Origin: Bacillota bacterium
Lineage (GTDB): Bacteria; Bacillota; Dethiobacteria; DTU022
Length of the DNA stretch: 50,546 bases
Direction: 5' to 3'
Assembly (NCBI GenBank): GCA_016874655.1
Contig: VGTO01000003.1
Coordinates: 1 to 50,546 of the forward strand
The notes under the pieces were generated by a model, which saw nothing but the letters and a program-made list of their open reading frames with translations, was not told the origin of the DNA and did no database searches. This document shows, piece by piece, positions 19,862 through 29,392 of this stretch (within the stretch, counting starts at the first letter, position 1; each line of letters opens with the position of its first letter). Made by a program: the position numbers and the translations under genes.

Positions 19862-20629
19862 TCAGGAGGCTCGGAAATAGAAAAACTGCAGAAAAACAAA
19901 ACCGGCTGCCAGCAGCAGGGCTACTGCCAAAGCCAGCCTGTCACCAGTCCGAACCGGTCCAGCTTTCAAAACGAGGCTTTCTTCTCCGTAACCACGCAGG
20001 GTCATAGCCTGAAAAACCCGCTCTGATTGGTTATGACTGCGCACCAGGAGAGTGCCAACTATGTAAGCCAAAGGCTTCAGAGATCTAACCGAGCGACCTT
20101 TAAAGCCTCGCAACCCAGCTGCTACCTGGGTTTGACAAAGGTCTGTTAAGAGTTGATAGATATAGCGGTTAGTAAAGACCAGCATCTCAGCCAACAGCGC
20201 CGGTAACCCTAAGCATCGCAGGGCCCCAACCATTTTCTGTAAAGGAGTGCCGGCAAAAAGGACGAGGACAAGAGCAAAAATACAGAGAAATTTTCCCGCG
20301 ATCAATAATACAGCTAAGCTGCCCTCCAGTTTCAGGGCCAGAGGGCCGATTCTGGCCAGAACTGTGCTGCCGGCACCGAAAGGCAAAATGAGGGCCAGCA
20401 TTAACAAGAAAAACCCGGGCAGGCGGAGGCGCGTCCAGTAATAGGCAAAGCTAAGCTGCGACAAACTGTAAATAACCACAGTCACTAAAATAATCAGGGG
20501 CAGCAGCCAGAGCTCGCGGATCATTGAAAAGCTGAAGATTAACGCCAGCAAAGCAACCAGCTTATGGCGGACTTCCCAGCGTGACAAGAGGCTTGACTGC
20601 GCAGCTGTGGTGGGAACAGGAGTGATCAT
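19862..20629 (-). CDS. cbiQ: ECF Ni/Co transporter T component
   Basis: Multi-TM; conserved LRGF and SERVFQAMTLRGY arginine motifs. Confidence 0.9.
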   Translation of the reverse strand: MITPVPTTAAQSSLLSRWEVRHKLVALLALIFSFSMIRELWLLPLIILVTVVIYSLSQLSFAYYWTRLRLPGFFLLMLALILPFGAGSTVLARIGPLALKLEGSLAVLLIAGKFLCIFALVLVLFAGTPLQKMVGALRCLGLPALLAEMLVFTNRYIYQLLTDLCQTQVAAGLRGFKGRSVRSLKPLAYIVGTLLVRSHNQSERVFQAMTLRGYGEESLVLKAGPVRTGDRLALAVALLLAAGFVFLQFFYFRAS

Positions 20630-21276
20630 TTTTCTTCCGCCTCCAGCAGTTCTGGCTTAACCCGCAGCAGAAAGAGGACTACCAGCGCTGTAAAGCCCCC
20701 TTCCAGCAGGGCAACAGGCAGATGCGCCCCGGCCAGGGTGATGATTGCCGCCCTTTCGGCGGAAACATCTAATTGAGCGGGAATTGTATAGATTAAAAGC
20801 AGCGCCGCAACCAGTGCCCCTAAGCCTAAAGCCATAAAACTGCCAAGGAAAGCCAGCAAACCGTTAGTCACCTTATTATCTTTGCCAAAGTACCGGCGGG
20901 ATCGGAAAAGAGCACCGGCCAGCAAGGCCGGTATCCCGATCAGGCAGGCATTAATGCCCATGGTCGTTAGACCGCCATGTTGAAACATCACCGCCTGGAA
21001 AAAGAGCCCTACTAATATGGCGGGAAAGGCAAACCAGCCAAGAATTATGCCCAACAGGCCCGATAAGATCAGGTGGACACTGGTTGGCGGCACCGGAATA
21101 TGAATCAGCGAGGCGACGAAGAAAACAGCAGTCAGTAAAGATGCCCGCGGGATTAGCTCCCGTGGGTTTTTAAATATCGATTTAATCCTCTTCAGCGAAA
21201 ACCAGGTCATACCCCCTGCGGCTGCATAGCCGCCAAGGGCAACTGAAACCGGTAAAATGCCGTCAGGTATATGCAT
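20626..21276 (-). CDS. cbiM: ECF Ni/Co S component CbiM/NikM
   Basis: N-terminal MHIPDG metal-binding motif, SVHLILSGLLG, FQAVMFQHGGLTTMGIN. Confidence 0.93.
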   Translation of the reverse strand: MHIPDGILPVSVALGGYAAAGGMTWFSLKRIKSIFKNPRELIPRASLLTAVFFVASLIHIPVPPTSVHLILSGLLGIILGWFAFPAILVGLFFQAVMFQHGGLTTMGINACLIGIPALLAGALFRSRRYFGKDNKVTNGLLAFLGSFMALGLGALVAALLLIYTIPAQLDVSAERAAIITLAGAHLPVALLEGGFTALVVLFLLRVKPELLEAEEK

Positions 21277-21743
21277 TAGCTGCTCCTCCTGCTAAAGTAA
21301 AAAGCTGTGCCGATCGCGCCCCAGGCTACAACCAGGGCCATCACTATTTTTTGCAGGAAACTGAGCCCACCTGAGCCATCCACTACAGCTTCTTCAGCAG
21401 CTGTCACCTCGAGTCTAATTAGATCGCCATGCCCGGCCAGGCGAACCTGAATTTCCCACAATCCAGGCCGGCTATAATCGGGTACGAAGATAAAGCTTCC
21501 TTCTTCATCGCAGGTTCCGGTTAACCAGGGTTCAAGTGGCTCATCCGGAGCATAGATCGCTACCTGCCCACCGGCCATTGGTTTTCCGGAATCGTAAAGC
21601 GCGATCACTTCTACCGCACTGATTGGCACAGCACCGATATCGACTCCATGTGCAGAAACTATAAATGGAGAAAGAAGTAAGATCAGAGCGCTTGCCAGGC
21701 TGATCCAGCTTAATCGAAAAGCACGGTTATTTATTGTTTCCAT
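21276..21743 (-). CDS. Accessory Ni/Co uptake component (CbiL/NikL-like, carboxypeptidase-regulatory-like fold)
   Basis: Start moved to ATG 21743 (AGGTGA RBS). Signal peptide ending VSA-HGV (His at mature N-terminus), YDSGKPM, PWLTGTCD, AGHG, C-terminal TM. Confidence 0.7.
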   Translation of the reverse strand: METINNRAFRLSWISLASALILLLSPFIVSAHGVDIGAVPISAVEVIALYDSGKPMAGGQVAIYAPDEPLEPWLTGTCDEEGSFIFVPDYSRPGLWEIQVRLAGHGDLIRLEVTAAEEAVVDGSGGLSFLQKIVMALVVAWGAIGTAFYFSRRSS

Positions 21744-21783
21744 CCCGGATTCACCTGCCTCATTCAGGGATCGATAAGAATCG

Positions 21784-22629
21784 TTATTCCAAAAAGGCAG
21801 CCAGGGCATGACCTTCGCCAACATGGGCCAGATGAGTCATCACCGCGACCAAAAGCTCAAAATCATCTGCTGCTAACATGCTTTCCAAATCACTTAAGCT
21901 AACCGCAAGAGTACCATCGACTGCCAGGGCAGCCATCGGTCCGAATCCAAGCGCTTCCATATTGATATCATCGTCTGGATCTTCGTCAAAATCACCGAAG
22001 AGGTGATCAAAGTGAAAAGTCATCTCTACAGTGGCGCTGCCGCCGGCCTGCAGAATGCCCTTTCTTTCATCTCCAACGTATTCACCACCCAGGTAAGCAA
22101 CCTCACGGTCGAGTCCGATCTCGAAATCAACTGTTTCTCCATTTTTCTCAGCTGTGCCGACCAACAGTACCACAAAGCCATCCGCCGGGCCGCCTGTTGC
22201 CCGGACCATTTCCCAGTAAATGGCGTTATAGCGGCCGGACGGAACAGCCTCTGCTTCGCCAACCACAGCAGGGTCAGCATCCGGTGAGGCCAGGTCAACT
22301 GTAAGGACTCCGCCCAGGTCAACTCTGCCCTGGATCAGATCCTCAAACTCCCAGCCCAGATCAGTTTCAAAGGGCGGATCGGTCTGAAAAGCCGAAACTG
22401 AAGCCAAAGTTACGTAAGCATGATCAAAGCTAAGCGACCAACCATCTTTACAAACAAAACCTTCCCGGATAAATTCTTCTCCATTAGCGGTAAAAATTAG
22501 AAGTCCCGTTTGGTCTGTTTCTTCCGGGGGTAGCTCTTGCTCGACCACCTGCTCCGCTGTGCAGCCTGCCACTAAAAGCAGGGCCAGAAAAATCGTTGAA
22601 AAAACAGCCGGTAAAACAAATCTTCTCAT
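21784..22629 (-). CDS. Acidic lipoprotein (DUF4382-like), first gene of the Ni/Co operon
   Basis: Lipobox VAGC; ANGEEFIREGF, GGEYVGDERKG, EMTFHFDHLFGD, HVGEGH motifs. Confidence 0.7.
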   Translation of the reverse strand: MRRFVLPAVFSTIFLALLLVAGCTAEQVVEQELPPEETDQTGLLIFTANGEEFIREGFVCKDGWSLSFDHAYVTLASVSAFQTDPPFETDLGWEFEDLIQGRVDLGGVLTVDLASPDADPAVVGEAEAVPSGRYNAIYWEMVRATGGPADGFVVLLVGTAEKNGETVDFEIGLDREVAYLGGEYVGDERKGILQAGGSATVEMTFHFDHLFGDFDEDPDDDINMEALGFGPMAALAVDGTLAVSLSDLESMLAADDFELLVAVMTHLAHVGEGHALAAFLE

Positions 22630-22678
22630 TCACCTAAACCTCCTGATTCGTATTTTTAAAGACGACACCACTCTGGAA

Positions 22679-22706
22679 GTAGCACGTTATTATATTTTAG
22701 TAATAC
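22679..22706. promoter_or_regulatory. Putative NikR operator
   Basis: GTAGCA-N16-TAATAC, NikR geometry (GTATGA-N16-TCATAC), 50 bp upstream of the operon start. Confidence 0.65.
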
Positions 22707-22707
22707 T

Positions 22708-22734
22708 ATTCACGAAAAAATACAGTATTCCTGC
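22708..22734 (-). promoter_or_regulatory. SigmaH-like promoter of the Ni/Co operon
   Basis: Minus strand GCAGGA-ATACTGTATTTTTTCGT-GAAT (AGGA-N17-GAAT), abutting the NikR-like site. Confidence 0.5.
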
Positions 22735-22789
22735 CTGCAATCATTATTAATATCATTATTTTTGGAATTGAGTCGGAGAAGACGACAAA

Positions 22790-23899
22790 TCAAATCGCCC
22801 TGTCAATGAGGCCCCCGCCGAGGACCTCGTCTTCATTATAGAATACCGCCGACTGGCCAGGCGCAACTGCCTTTTGTGGTTCACTGAAAAGCACGCGGGC
22901 TGTTCCCGCTTCCGGCGGGTAGAGCAAAGACGGCACAGCCGGGGCACGGTAACGGATTTTGACGGCTATCTCCTGTGGTTCGAGAGGAATTACTCCACCG
23001 ACAAAGCTCAAGGCGTTAACAATAAGACCGCTACTATTAAGATCCTCTTCCCGGCCAACAACGATCCTGTTCTGAACGGCATCAATACGAACTACATAAA
23101 GAGGCCATTTTGCAGTAATGCCCAACCCTTTTCGCTGACCAACAGTGTAAAAAGCGATACCGCGATGACGTCCAAGAAGCTCTCCCTCTACCGAATAAAT
23201 CTCACCCGGCTGCACAGCTGCGGGACATTCGCGTTCTAAAAATCGATGGTAATCATGATCCGGAATAAAACAGATCTCCTGGCTTTCAGCCTTCCTGGCC
23301 ACAGGCAGTTTTTCAGCCGCCGCTAGATCGCGAACCTGTTCTTTGGTCAAGTCACCCAACGGGAACAACGTTTTTGAGAGCTCCCGCTGGCCGAGCATAT
23401 AGAGCATGTAGCTTTGGTCTTTTTGCAGATCCCGGCCGCGATAAAGGCGGTAGCGGCTGGCAGTCGCATCAAAGTGATTGTTTACATAATGGCCGGTGGC
23501 AATATAATCAAGGTCCAGACCCTCTGCCTTTTTCAAAAGCGCAGAAAATTTTAGATGGCGGTTGCATTCCACACAGGGGTTCGGAGTTTTTCCCTGCAGG
23601 TAATTTTCTTTAAAATTTTTCACTACAGTATCATAGAAAAGATCTTTTAAGTTAAAGGTATAGTGAGCTATACCTAGTTGATCTGCTACCCGTCGGGCGT
23701 CGTTTACCGCTTCCAGCGAACAGCAGCCCTGCTGCTGATCATCTGCCCGCGCTTCAGATTGCGGATCAACCCAGAGGCGCATAGTTATCCCGACCGGTTT
23801 GTAACCGGCACGTAATAGCAGGAGGGCCGCCACTGAGCTATCAACCCCGCCGCTCATCGCTACCAGCACTTTTTTATTCATGCTATCCGGTTCCATCAT
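22790..23899 (-). CDS. mnmA: tRNA 2-thiouridine(34) synthase
   Basis: AMSGGVDSS, TPNPCVECN, IATGHY, KDQSYML, ESQEICF, YTVGQRKGLG, PGQSAVFY. Confidence 0.97.
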   Translation of the reverse strand: MMEPDSMNKKVLVAMSGGVDSSVAALLLLRAGYKPVGITMRLWVDPQSEARADDQQQGCCSLEAVNDARRVADQLGIAHYTFNLKDLFYDTVVKNFKENYLQGKTPNPCVECNRHLKFSALLKKAEGLDLDYIATGHYVNNHFDATASRYRLYRGRDLQKDQSYMLYMLGQRELSKTLFPLGDLTKEQVRDLAAAEKLPVARKAESQEICFIPDHDYHRFLERECPAAVQPGEIYSVEGELLGRHRGIAFYTVGQRKGLGITAKWPLYVVRIDAVQNRIVVGREEDLNSSGLIVNALSFVGGVIPLEPQEIAVKIRYRAPAVPSLLYPPEAGTARVLFSEPQKAVAPGQSAVFYNEDEVLGGGLIDRAI

Positions 23900-23919
23900 T
23901 ACTGTTCCTCATAAGATAA

Positions 23920-23949
23920 GGCACCCCTGAACCAAATTCAGCGGGTGCC
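23920..23949. terminator. Hairpin terminator between the secreted hypothetical gene and mnmA
   Basis: GGCACCC-CTGAA-ccaaa-TTCAG-c-GGGTGCC stem-loop; minus strand followed by TTATCTTAT. Confidence 0.55.
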
Positions 23950-23988
23950 CATAGGTTATTAATCATCGATTTATTTTAAGCTATTAAC

Positions 23989-24648
23989 TTAAGGCAGGCT
24001 CCACCAGCCGACTTTACTGCCGCCGCTATCCTCGATGTAGGTTTCGAGGATCTGCGAATAACCATCTACATTAATTGTCGTTGTGGAATCGTTAGTTTCT
24101 TTGGAAACCCTGGTAATACCATCACTGGTTCCGGCACCACTACTGTGACGAAGGTAATAATAGTTCTCACCGTCACGTTTATTATAACTGCTTGAAATTG
24201 TATCACTAACGTATCCTTTTTCGCCTGGTTTAGGCATAACCCCAACAGAGCTGTTGTGCCAGTCTTGGATCGAAGTGCCACTGATAATCCTCATATACTG
24301 ACCCGGTAAGGCATCACGGGCGGTTGCCCCGTGAAAATAACCGTAACTGCTCACATACTTGTAGTTGTCATAGACTGCCTGGGCAGGTGTTACCTTGGCG
24401 GCTACAGACCAACCATCATGCACACCGCTGGCTGATCCCATTCCAGCTGCGAAAAAACCAGCCATACCTCCATCAAAAGCATAAACGTGCTCATGCTCCA
24501 CTCTTCCGGTATGGATAAAGACATTGGTAAAACGGGTCATTACCTCCTGAAAACGGGTTGAGGCAAAAACTGCCGACCCCTGGAAAACAATCATAAAAAT
24601 GATCACGATGACAAGTAAAAGTGTTCCCGGTTTCCTGACTTTTTTCAA
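23989..24648 (-). CDS. Secreted hypothetical protein (Gly/Ser/Tyr-rich, beta-rich)
   Basis: AAGGAGG RBS, TTG start, signal peptide ending AVFA; no family recognised. Confidence 0.7.
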   Translation of the reverse strand: MKKVRKPGTLLLVIVIIFMIVFQGSAVFASTRFQEVMTRFTNVFIHTGRVEHEHVYAFDGGMAGFFAAGMGSASGVHDGWSVAAKVTPAQAVYDNYKYVSSYGYFHGATARDALPGQYMRIISGTSIQDWHNSSVGVMPKPGEKGYVSDTISSSYNKRDGENYYYLRHSSGAGTSDGITRVSKETNDSTTTINVDGYSQILETYIEDSGGSKVGWWSLP

Positions 24649-24828
24649 AGATACAGCCTCCTTGGAAATCGCTCAAAAAGCAAAAATGATAGTGAGAAGA
24701 TAGTATCATTTTTCTTCCCGTTTATTTTACTATAAAACTCATCAACATGCCAACCTTAAAAAAAATGACTCAAGTAATCACTAAATCGATCCATCTACCA
24801 GCAGGAGAGCATCGCCTCGACTGCCAGT

Positions 24829-25770
24829 TTAGGTGATGATCGTCCCCGTCTTACCTTCCAGGGCATCCAGCGCCTTATAAAGCGAAGTAATGATCGCTTT
24901 TTTGCCAGGGTTATCCTTGACAAAATTCACTGCCGCCTGCACCTTCGGCAACATGCTGCCCGGGGCAAAATGACCTTCAGCTATGTACTGTTTGGCCTCC
25001 TCCACGCTTACCTGGTCCAGATCTTTTTGATCCGGCTGATTAAAGTTAAGTGATACCTTATCCACTTCGGTAAGGATCATCAAAACATCGGCCTCTATAT
25101 CATCGGCCAGGCGTGCAGCTGCCAAATCTTTGTCAATCACAGCAGCCACTCCGCGTAAGGATCCGTCTTTGTTCTCGACTACCGGGATCCCTCCGCCCCC
25201 GGCGGTAATCACGATAGTGGTATCCCAGAGTTCTTTTAAGCAGGAAAACTCCACAATCCGCTTCGGCATCGGCGAAGCAACTACCCTGCGCCAGCCACGA
25301 CCGGAATCTTCTTTCATGATATAGCCTTTTTCAGTCTCTATCGACTTGGCTTCTGCTTCACTGTAGAAAGGCCCGATCGGTTTGGTCGGGTTCTTAAAGG
25401 CCGGATCGTTTTCATCAACAACAACCTGGGTAATGATCGTTACAACCGGCACGTTGCGATTTTTTTTCTGCAGGGCGTGCCTCAGCGCCTGCTGGATATG
25501 GTAACCGATGTAACCCTGGCTCATCGCTCCGCAAACATCAAAGGGCATAACCGGCACTACAGCAGCTGCCGCTTCGCTGGCCAGGACAATATTGCCTACC
25601 TGGGGTCCGTTACCGTGGACAATTGCCAGCTCGTAATCCAACCTGCTCATCTCTGCAATATACTCAACTGTTTTTTTGACCACCTCGAGCTGTGCATCGG
25701 CTGTTGCCGGCGCTCCTTTACTCTGCAGAGCGTTACCACCAAGAGCAACCACTATCTTTGCAATTGCCAT
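24829..25770 (-). CDS. arcC: Carbamate kinase
   Basis: VVALGGNAL, HGNGPQVG, PTKPIGPFY, GWRRVVASP, GGGGIPV, AVIDKD, GSMLPKV. Confidence 0.96.
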   Translation of the reverse strand: MAIAKIVVALGGNALQSKGAPATADAQLEVVKKTVEYIAEMSRLDYELAIVHGNGPQVGNIVLASEAAAAVVPVMPFDVCGAMSQGYIGYHIQQALRHALQKKNRNVPVVTIITQVVVDENDPAFKNPTKPIGPFYSEAEAKSIETEKGYIMKEDSGRGWRRVVASPMPKRIVEFSCLKELWDTTIVITAGGGGIPVVENKDGSLRGVAAVIDKDLAAARLADDIEADVLMILTEVDKVSLNFNQPDQKDLDQVSVEEAKQYIAEGHFAPGSMLPKVQAAVNFVKDNPGKKAIITSLYKALDALEGKTGTIIT

Positions 25771-25907
25771 CAGATCGCCTCCACCTATCCGGTTGATAAA
25801 TAACTAATAATTAAGTAATTGAACCAGCAATAAAGTGATACCTTTAACAGATGTCCGTTAGCTGATTACAGGGTCATTATATCCGGAGATGGGGGTGAAG
25901 GCAATAC

Positions 25908-25946
25908 TGACAATGCCATTTATGACAGTGTCATTTATGTGCCATT
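25908..25946. repeat. 15-bp tandem direct repeats containing a palindrome, upstream of arcC
   Basis: TGACAATGCCATTTA TGACAGTGTCATTTA TGTGCCATT; ATGACAGTGTCAT (25922-25934) is palindromic. Confidence 0.55.
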
Positions 25947-26110
25947 AATAAAATGGATGCAACTCACTTAAATAGCTAGACCCGCATTAAGGCTCCCTTT
26001 AATTATTATATTTTATGCGGTTAAGATGAAGCTATCTTCGCTGAATTCAAAAACAGCACTGGCAAAAACATTAACCCCGCTCTATTTAAAATTTTGCTCA
26101 GCCTACTGGC

Positions 26111-26536
26111 TTAGCTTCCGCTCTTGCTGCAACAGCTGCAAACACCCTTAAGATAATAGCGTTGCTCTTCAACAATATAATCCTGCTGTAATTCAGAGAT
26201 TGCCGGGATATCGAACTTTTTCAGGCATTCACATTTTCCACAGCGGCGGCAGAAAAAATGAGGGTGACAATGGCTGCTCTTCTCGCAAGTACAGAGGGCA
26301 AAAAGCCTGGTACGGTTGTCATCCTCCACTCTGTGAACAAAGCCAGCTTCAACAAAAGAATCAAGAGAACGGTAAACACTGACCGGGTCATAGAAATGAT
26401 CTCCCAGGACTGAGCAGATATCCTTGTGAGACAAAGGTTTGCCGGCTTTGATTAAAACCAGTAATATAGCAAGGCGCCCTGCAGTCTGTTTTAAGCTGTG
26501 CTCTTTCAGAATTTCAGCTGCCAATTGATCAGACAT
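26111..26536 (-). CDS. zur: Fur-family regulator, Zur-like
   Basis: SVYRSL helix, HCHPHFFCRRCG and CSCC zinc sites; last gene of the znu operon. Confidence 0.85.
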   Translation of the reverse strand: MSDQLAAEILKEHSLKQTAGRLAILLVLIKAGKPLSHKDICSVLGDHFYDPVSVYRSLDSFVEAGFVHRVEDDNRTRLFALCTCEKSSHCHPHFFCRRCGKCECLKKFDIPAISELQQDYIVEEQRYYLKGVCSCCSKSGS

Positions 26537-27368
26537 TTTCGCTCAACTCACTGTCTTTACGCCTGCTGTTTAAGATTGGTCTTGTAATCATAGCCAGGAT
26601 GAATAGCGCTGTCATCAGCAGAACAATCGCGGCTCCTGGCGGGATTGGAAAGTAATACGATAGTAATAGCCCACCAACGCTGCCCAGCAACCCCGTGAAC
26701 AGTGTTAACATAAGCATACCCCGGTAATTAGAGCTAAGCCGGAAACCGGTAGCACCAGGGACCACAATCAGAGCAGCAACCAGAACTACCCCCACCAATT
26801 GAACTGAGATCATAATTGCCAGACCAATTGCTGCCAGAAGGCCCATGTAAATCAGATTTACGGGCAGGCCACCGGCCAGGGCCATCTCTTCATCAAAACA
26901 AATTGCCAGCAGCTCTTTAAAAAAAAGAAGCAGGGTCAAAAGAATAACACCACTGACGATCGTAATCAACCATAAATCCTGGTTTGATACCGCAAGGATA
27001 TTACCGAAAAGCAGTGAGAATAGCTCCGGATAATAACCTTTAAAAGTACTAATCAGAGCAATACCCAGCGCCATACCAAAAGCATAAAAGACGCCGATTA
27101 TTGTATCTTCACTTACTTTACCGATTCTACTTAGATAACCGGTGGAAACCGCCGCCCCCACAGCAAAAATACTGCCGGTCAAAACCGGATTTAGCCCGCA
27201 TACCAACCCGATCGCTATCCCGCCGAGAGCGGTGTGAGAGATGCCGGCCCCCAGGAAAGAGAGCTTTTTTAAAACCACGAAAAAGGAAAGTGTAGAGCAT
27301 AGCAAACCAACCAAAACGGCGGCAACCAGGGCGCGCAGCATAAAACTGTAGGAGAAAAGCTCACTCAT
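26529..27368 (-). CDS. znuB: Zn/Mn ABC transporter permease
   Basis: GISHTALGG, SEDTIIG, LFGNIL, VGVVLVAALIVVP. Confidence 0.9.
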   Translation of the reverse strand: MSELFSYSFMLRALVAAVLVGLLCSTLSFFVVLKKLSFLGAGISHTALGGIAIGLVCGLNPVLTGSIFAVGAAVSTGYLSRIGKVSEDTIIGVFYAFGMALGIALISTFKGYYPELFSLLFGNILAVSNQDLWLITIVSGVILLTLLLFFKELLAICFDEEMALAGGLPVNLIYMGLLAAIGLAIMISVQLVGVVLVAALIVVPGATGFRLSSNYRGMLMLTLFTGLLGSVGGLLLSYYFPIPPGAAIVLLMTALFILAMITRPILNSRRKDSELSENV

Positions 27369-28129
27369 TTTCGCTCCTCCTCTAGTTGAAAAGCGGTGCT
27401 TAAGTAATCAAATTCACAACGATAAGCATCATGAAGCTCATGACTACGCAAGACTTCACCGGGACTGCCGTGAAGGTGCATCCTCTGATCAATGCAAACC
27501 AGTGAATCTGCGATCGCAGCAACCGATACCAGGTCGTGGGAAACCATGACCACAGTCAGATTCTGCTGGCGGTGAAGCTGCAGCAGCAGTTCAGTAAACT
27601 GCTGCTGCGCAGGAAAATCAAGGCCTGCGTTGGGTTCATCCAAAAGCAGCAGTTCCGGTTTGCGAACCAGCGAACGGGCTAACAAAATGCGCTGCTGCTG
27701 GCCTCCTGATAGCTCCTGAAACGGGGTTAAACGATACTTACCCATGCCAACCAAAGTAAGGGCTTCCGCCACCTTTTGTTCAATGCCTTTGATCTGCTTT
27801 AAGAGTGTAAAACGGGTTAACAGCCCGGTGGCTACCGCATCACCAACCGAGAGCGGAAAATGCCTTTCAAACAATAGGCGCTGAGGCATGTAACCAATCC
27901 TATTTCTCTGATCGTTAATCCGACTCACTGGTTGTCCCAAAACCGTCAACTCTCCAGCACTGATTGAAACCAAGCCCAAGATCGCCCGTAGCAAAGTCGT
28001 TTTGCCGGCTCCGTTCGGACCGATGATCCCAACCATTTGCCCAGGATTAACATTAAAAGAAATATCTTCTAAGACTGTTTTACTGCCCAGTCTGACAGCC
28101 AGATTGCAGCTGCTAATTACCGGTTCCAT
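27365..28129 (-). CDS. znuC: Zn/Mn ABC transporter ATPase
   Basis: GPNGAGKTT, IGYMPQ, LSGGQQQR, LLDEP, VSHDL. Confidence 0.92.
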   Translation of the reverse strand: MEPVISSCNLAVRLGSKTVLEDISFNVNPGQMVGIIGPNGAGKTTLLRAILGLVSISAGELTVLGQPVSRINDQRNRIGYMPQRLLFERHFPLSVGDAVATGLLTRFTLLKQIKGIEQKVAEALTLVGMGKYRLTPFQELSGGQQQRILLARSLVRKPELLLLDEPNAGLDFPAQQQFTELLLQLHRQQNLTVVMVSHDLVSVAAIADSLVCIDQRMHLHGSPGEVLRSHELHDAYRCEFDYLSTAFQLEEERK

Positions 28130-28147
28130 AGTGAAAGCCTCTTTTCG

Positions 28148-29152
28148 CTATTCCAGAGCTTCCTGAAATACTTTCAGGTTATAACGCATCAAATCCTGAT
28201 ATGTTCCCCTGCCAGGCAGGTTCTCTCCTCCAAGGGGATCAACAGTAAGCATCTTGATCTTTGCTTCAGCAGAGATTGCGGAGGCCAGATTTTGAGAAAA
28301 TTGCGGTTCAACCAAGATTGCCCCTACATCGTTCTCGCTGATGATTTCGATCAGTTCGGCTATCCAGCCGGCCGAAGGCTCTTGTCCCGGAAAGGAGGCC
28401 ACCACCGCCAGCTCATTTAAACCGTAGCGCACTGCAAAATATTGCCAGGCCGAATGAAAAGCGATAAAGTCTTTCCTGCCAGTAGCAGCAAGCTGAGCCT
28501 CGATCTCCTGATTCAAAACAGTCAACTCCGCCTGTACGGCAATTAAATTTTCATAAAATAACGGCTGCTTCTCTGGTGCTATCAAGCATAGTTGATCATA
28601 AACCTTAGGTAAAAGCTGACTGCTAACTAAAACGGGATCTAGCCAAAAGTGTGGGTCGGTCGCACTCTCGTGATGATGATCACAATCATCCTCGTGATCG
28701 TTATTAGCTTCTGGATTTACACTGTCATGCTCGCAGTAATAGGCAGGGTCAATTTCATCCTCATGGTCGTGATCATCACAATCATCAATACCCATCAGCT
28801 GAATATAGCTGGCAAGCTCCAGAACCGTCAGATTTTCACTTCCGGTTTCAATAAGTTTTACAGCCCAGTCATCCAGGCCGGCTCCAACATAAATAAATAG
28901 TCGAGCATTAGCAACCGAACGGGCTTGATCGGTAGTCGGTTCAAACGTGTGAGGGCTTGAACCGGTGGGAAGCAAGTAACTGACCTCTACTTGATCACCG
29001 CCCAACTGCCCGATCAAATCAGCCAGGGGGAATATGGTTGTTACAATATTAATAGGCTCTTCAATAGTGATATCCAAAACTTCTTCATTGCTGCAGCCCA
29101 CCATGGAAATGATTAGCAGGCTAAGCAGCGACAGTGCAACTTTGGTCTTCAT
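28148..29152 (-). CDS. znuA: Zn ABC transporter solute-binding lipoprotein with His/Asp/Cys-rich loop
   Basis: Lipobox MVGC, SPHTFEP, DPHFWLDP, FHSAWQYF; start set to ATG 29152. Confidence 0.92.
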   Translation of the reverse strand: MKTKVALSLLSLLIISMVGCSNEEVLDITIEEPINIVTTIFPLADLIGQLGGDQVEVSYLLPTGSSPHTFEPTTDQARSVANARLFIYVGAGLDDWAVKLIETGSENLTVLELASYIQLMGIDDCDDHDHEDEIDPAYYCEHDSVNPEANNDHEDDCDHHHESATDPHFWLDPVLVSSQLLPKVYDQLCLIAPEKQPLFYENLIAVQAELTVLNQEIEAQLAATGRKDFIAFHSAWQYFAVRYGLNELAVVASFPGQEPSAGWIAELIEIISENDVGAILVEPQFSQNLASAISAEAKIKMLTVDPLGGENLPGRGTYQDLMRYNLKVFQEALE

Positions 29153-29250
29153 TTCAGCCCTCTCCAAATAGATGATATTATTAACCTGGATGTCAAATAG
29201 GTACCCGACAATGAACTAAATCGGGTTCAATAAACTTTAAGATAGCATTT

Positions 29251-29273
29251 TAAATGCAACGCAGTTGCATTTA
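29251..29273. promoter_or_regulatory. Zur box (perfect 10-3-10 palindrome)
   Basis: TAAATGCAAC-GCA-GTTGCATTTA between divergent znuA and the MetE-like gene. Confidence 0.8.
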
Positions 29274-29392
29274 CATCCTAAAAGTATCAGATCCGGGCAA
29301 TTAAAGCAACCAAACCTATTGCATTTCAGGGCAGGTTCTTTTATCGCCAAACGAGAATAACATATCCACTAATTAATCTGAGGTGATCACCC

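Noticed and set aside
25899-25945. TGGCAC/TGGCAT on the minus strand upstream of arcC as sigma54 promoter
   Set aside because: No GC at the required -12 spacing (TGGCAC-ATAAA-TGAC).
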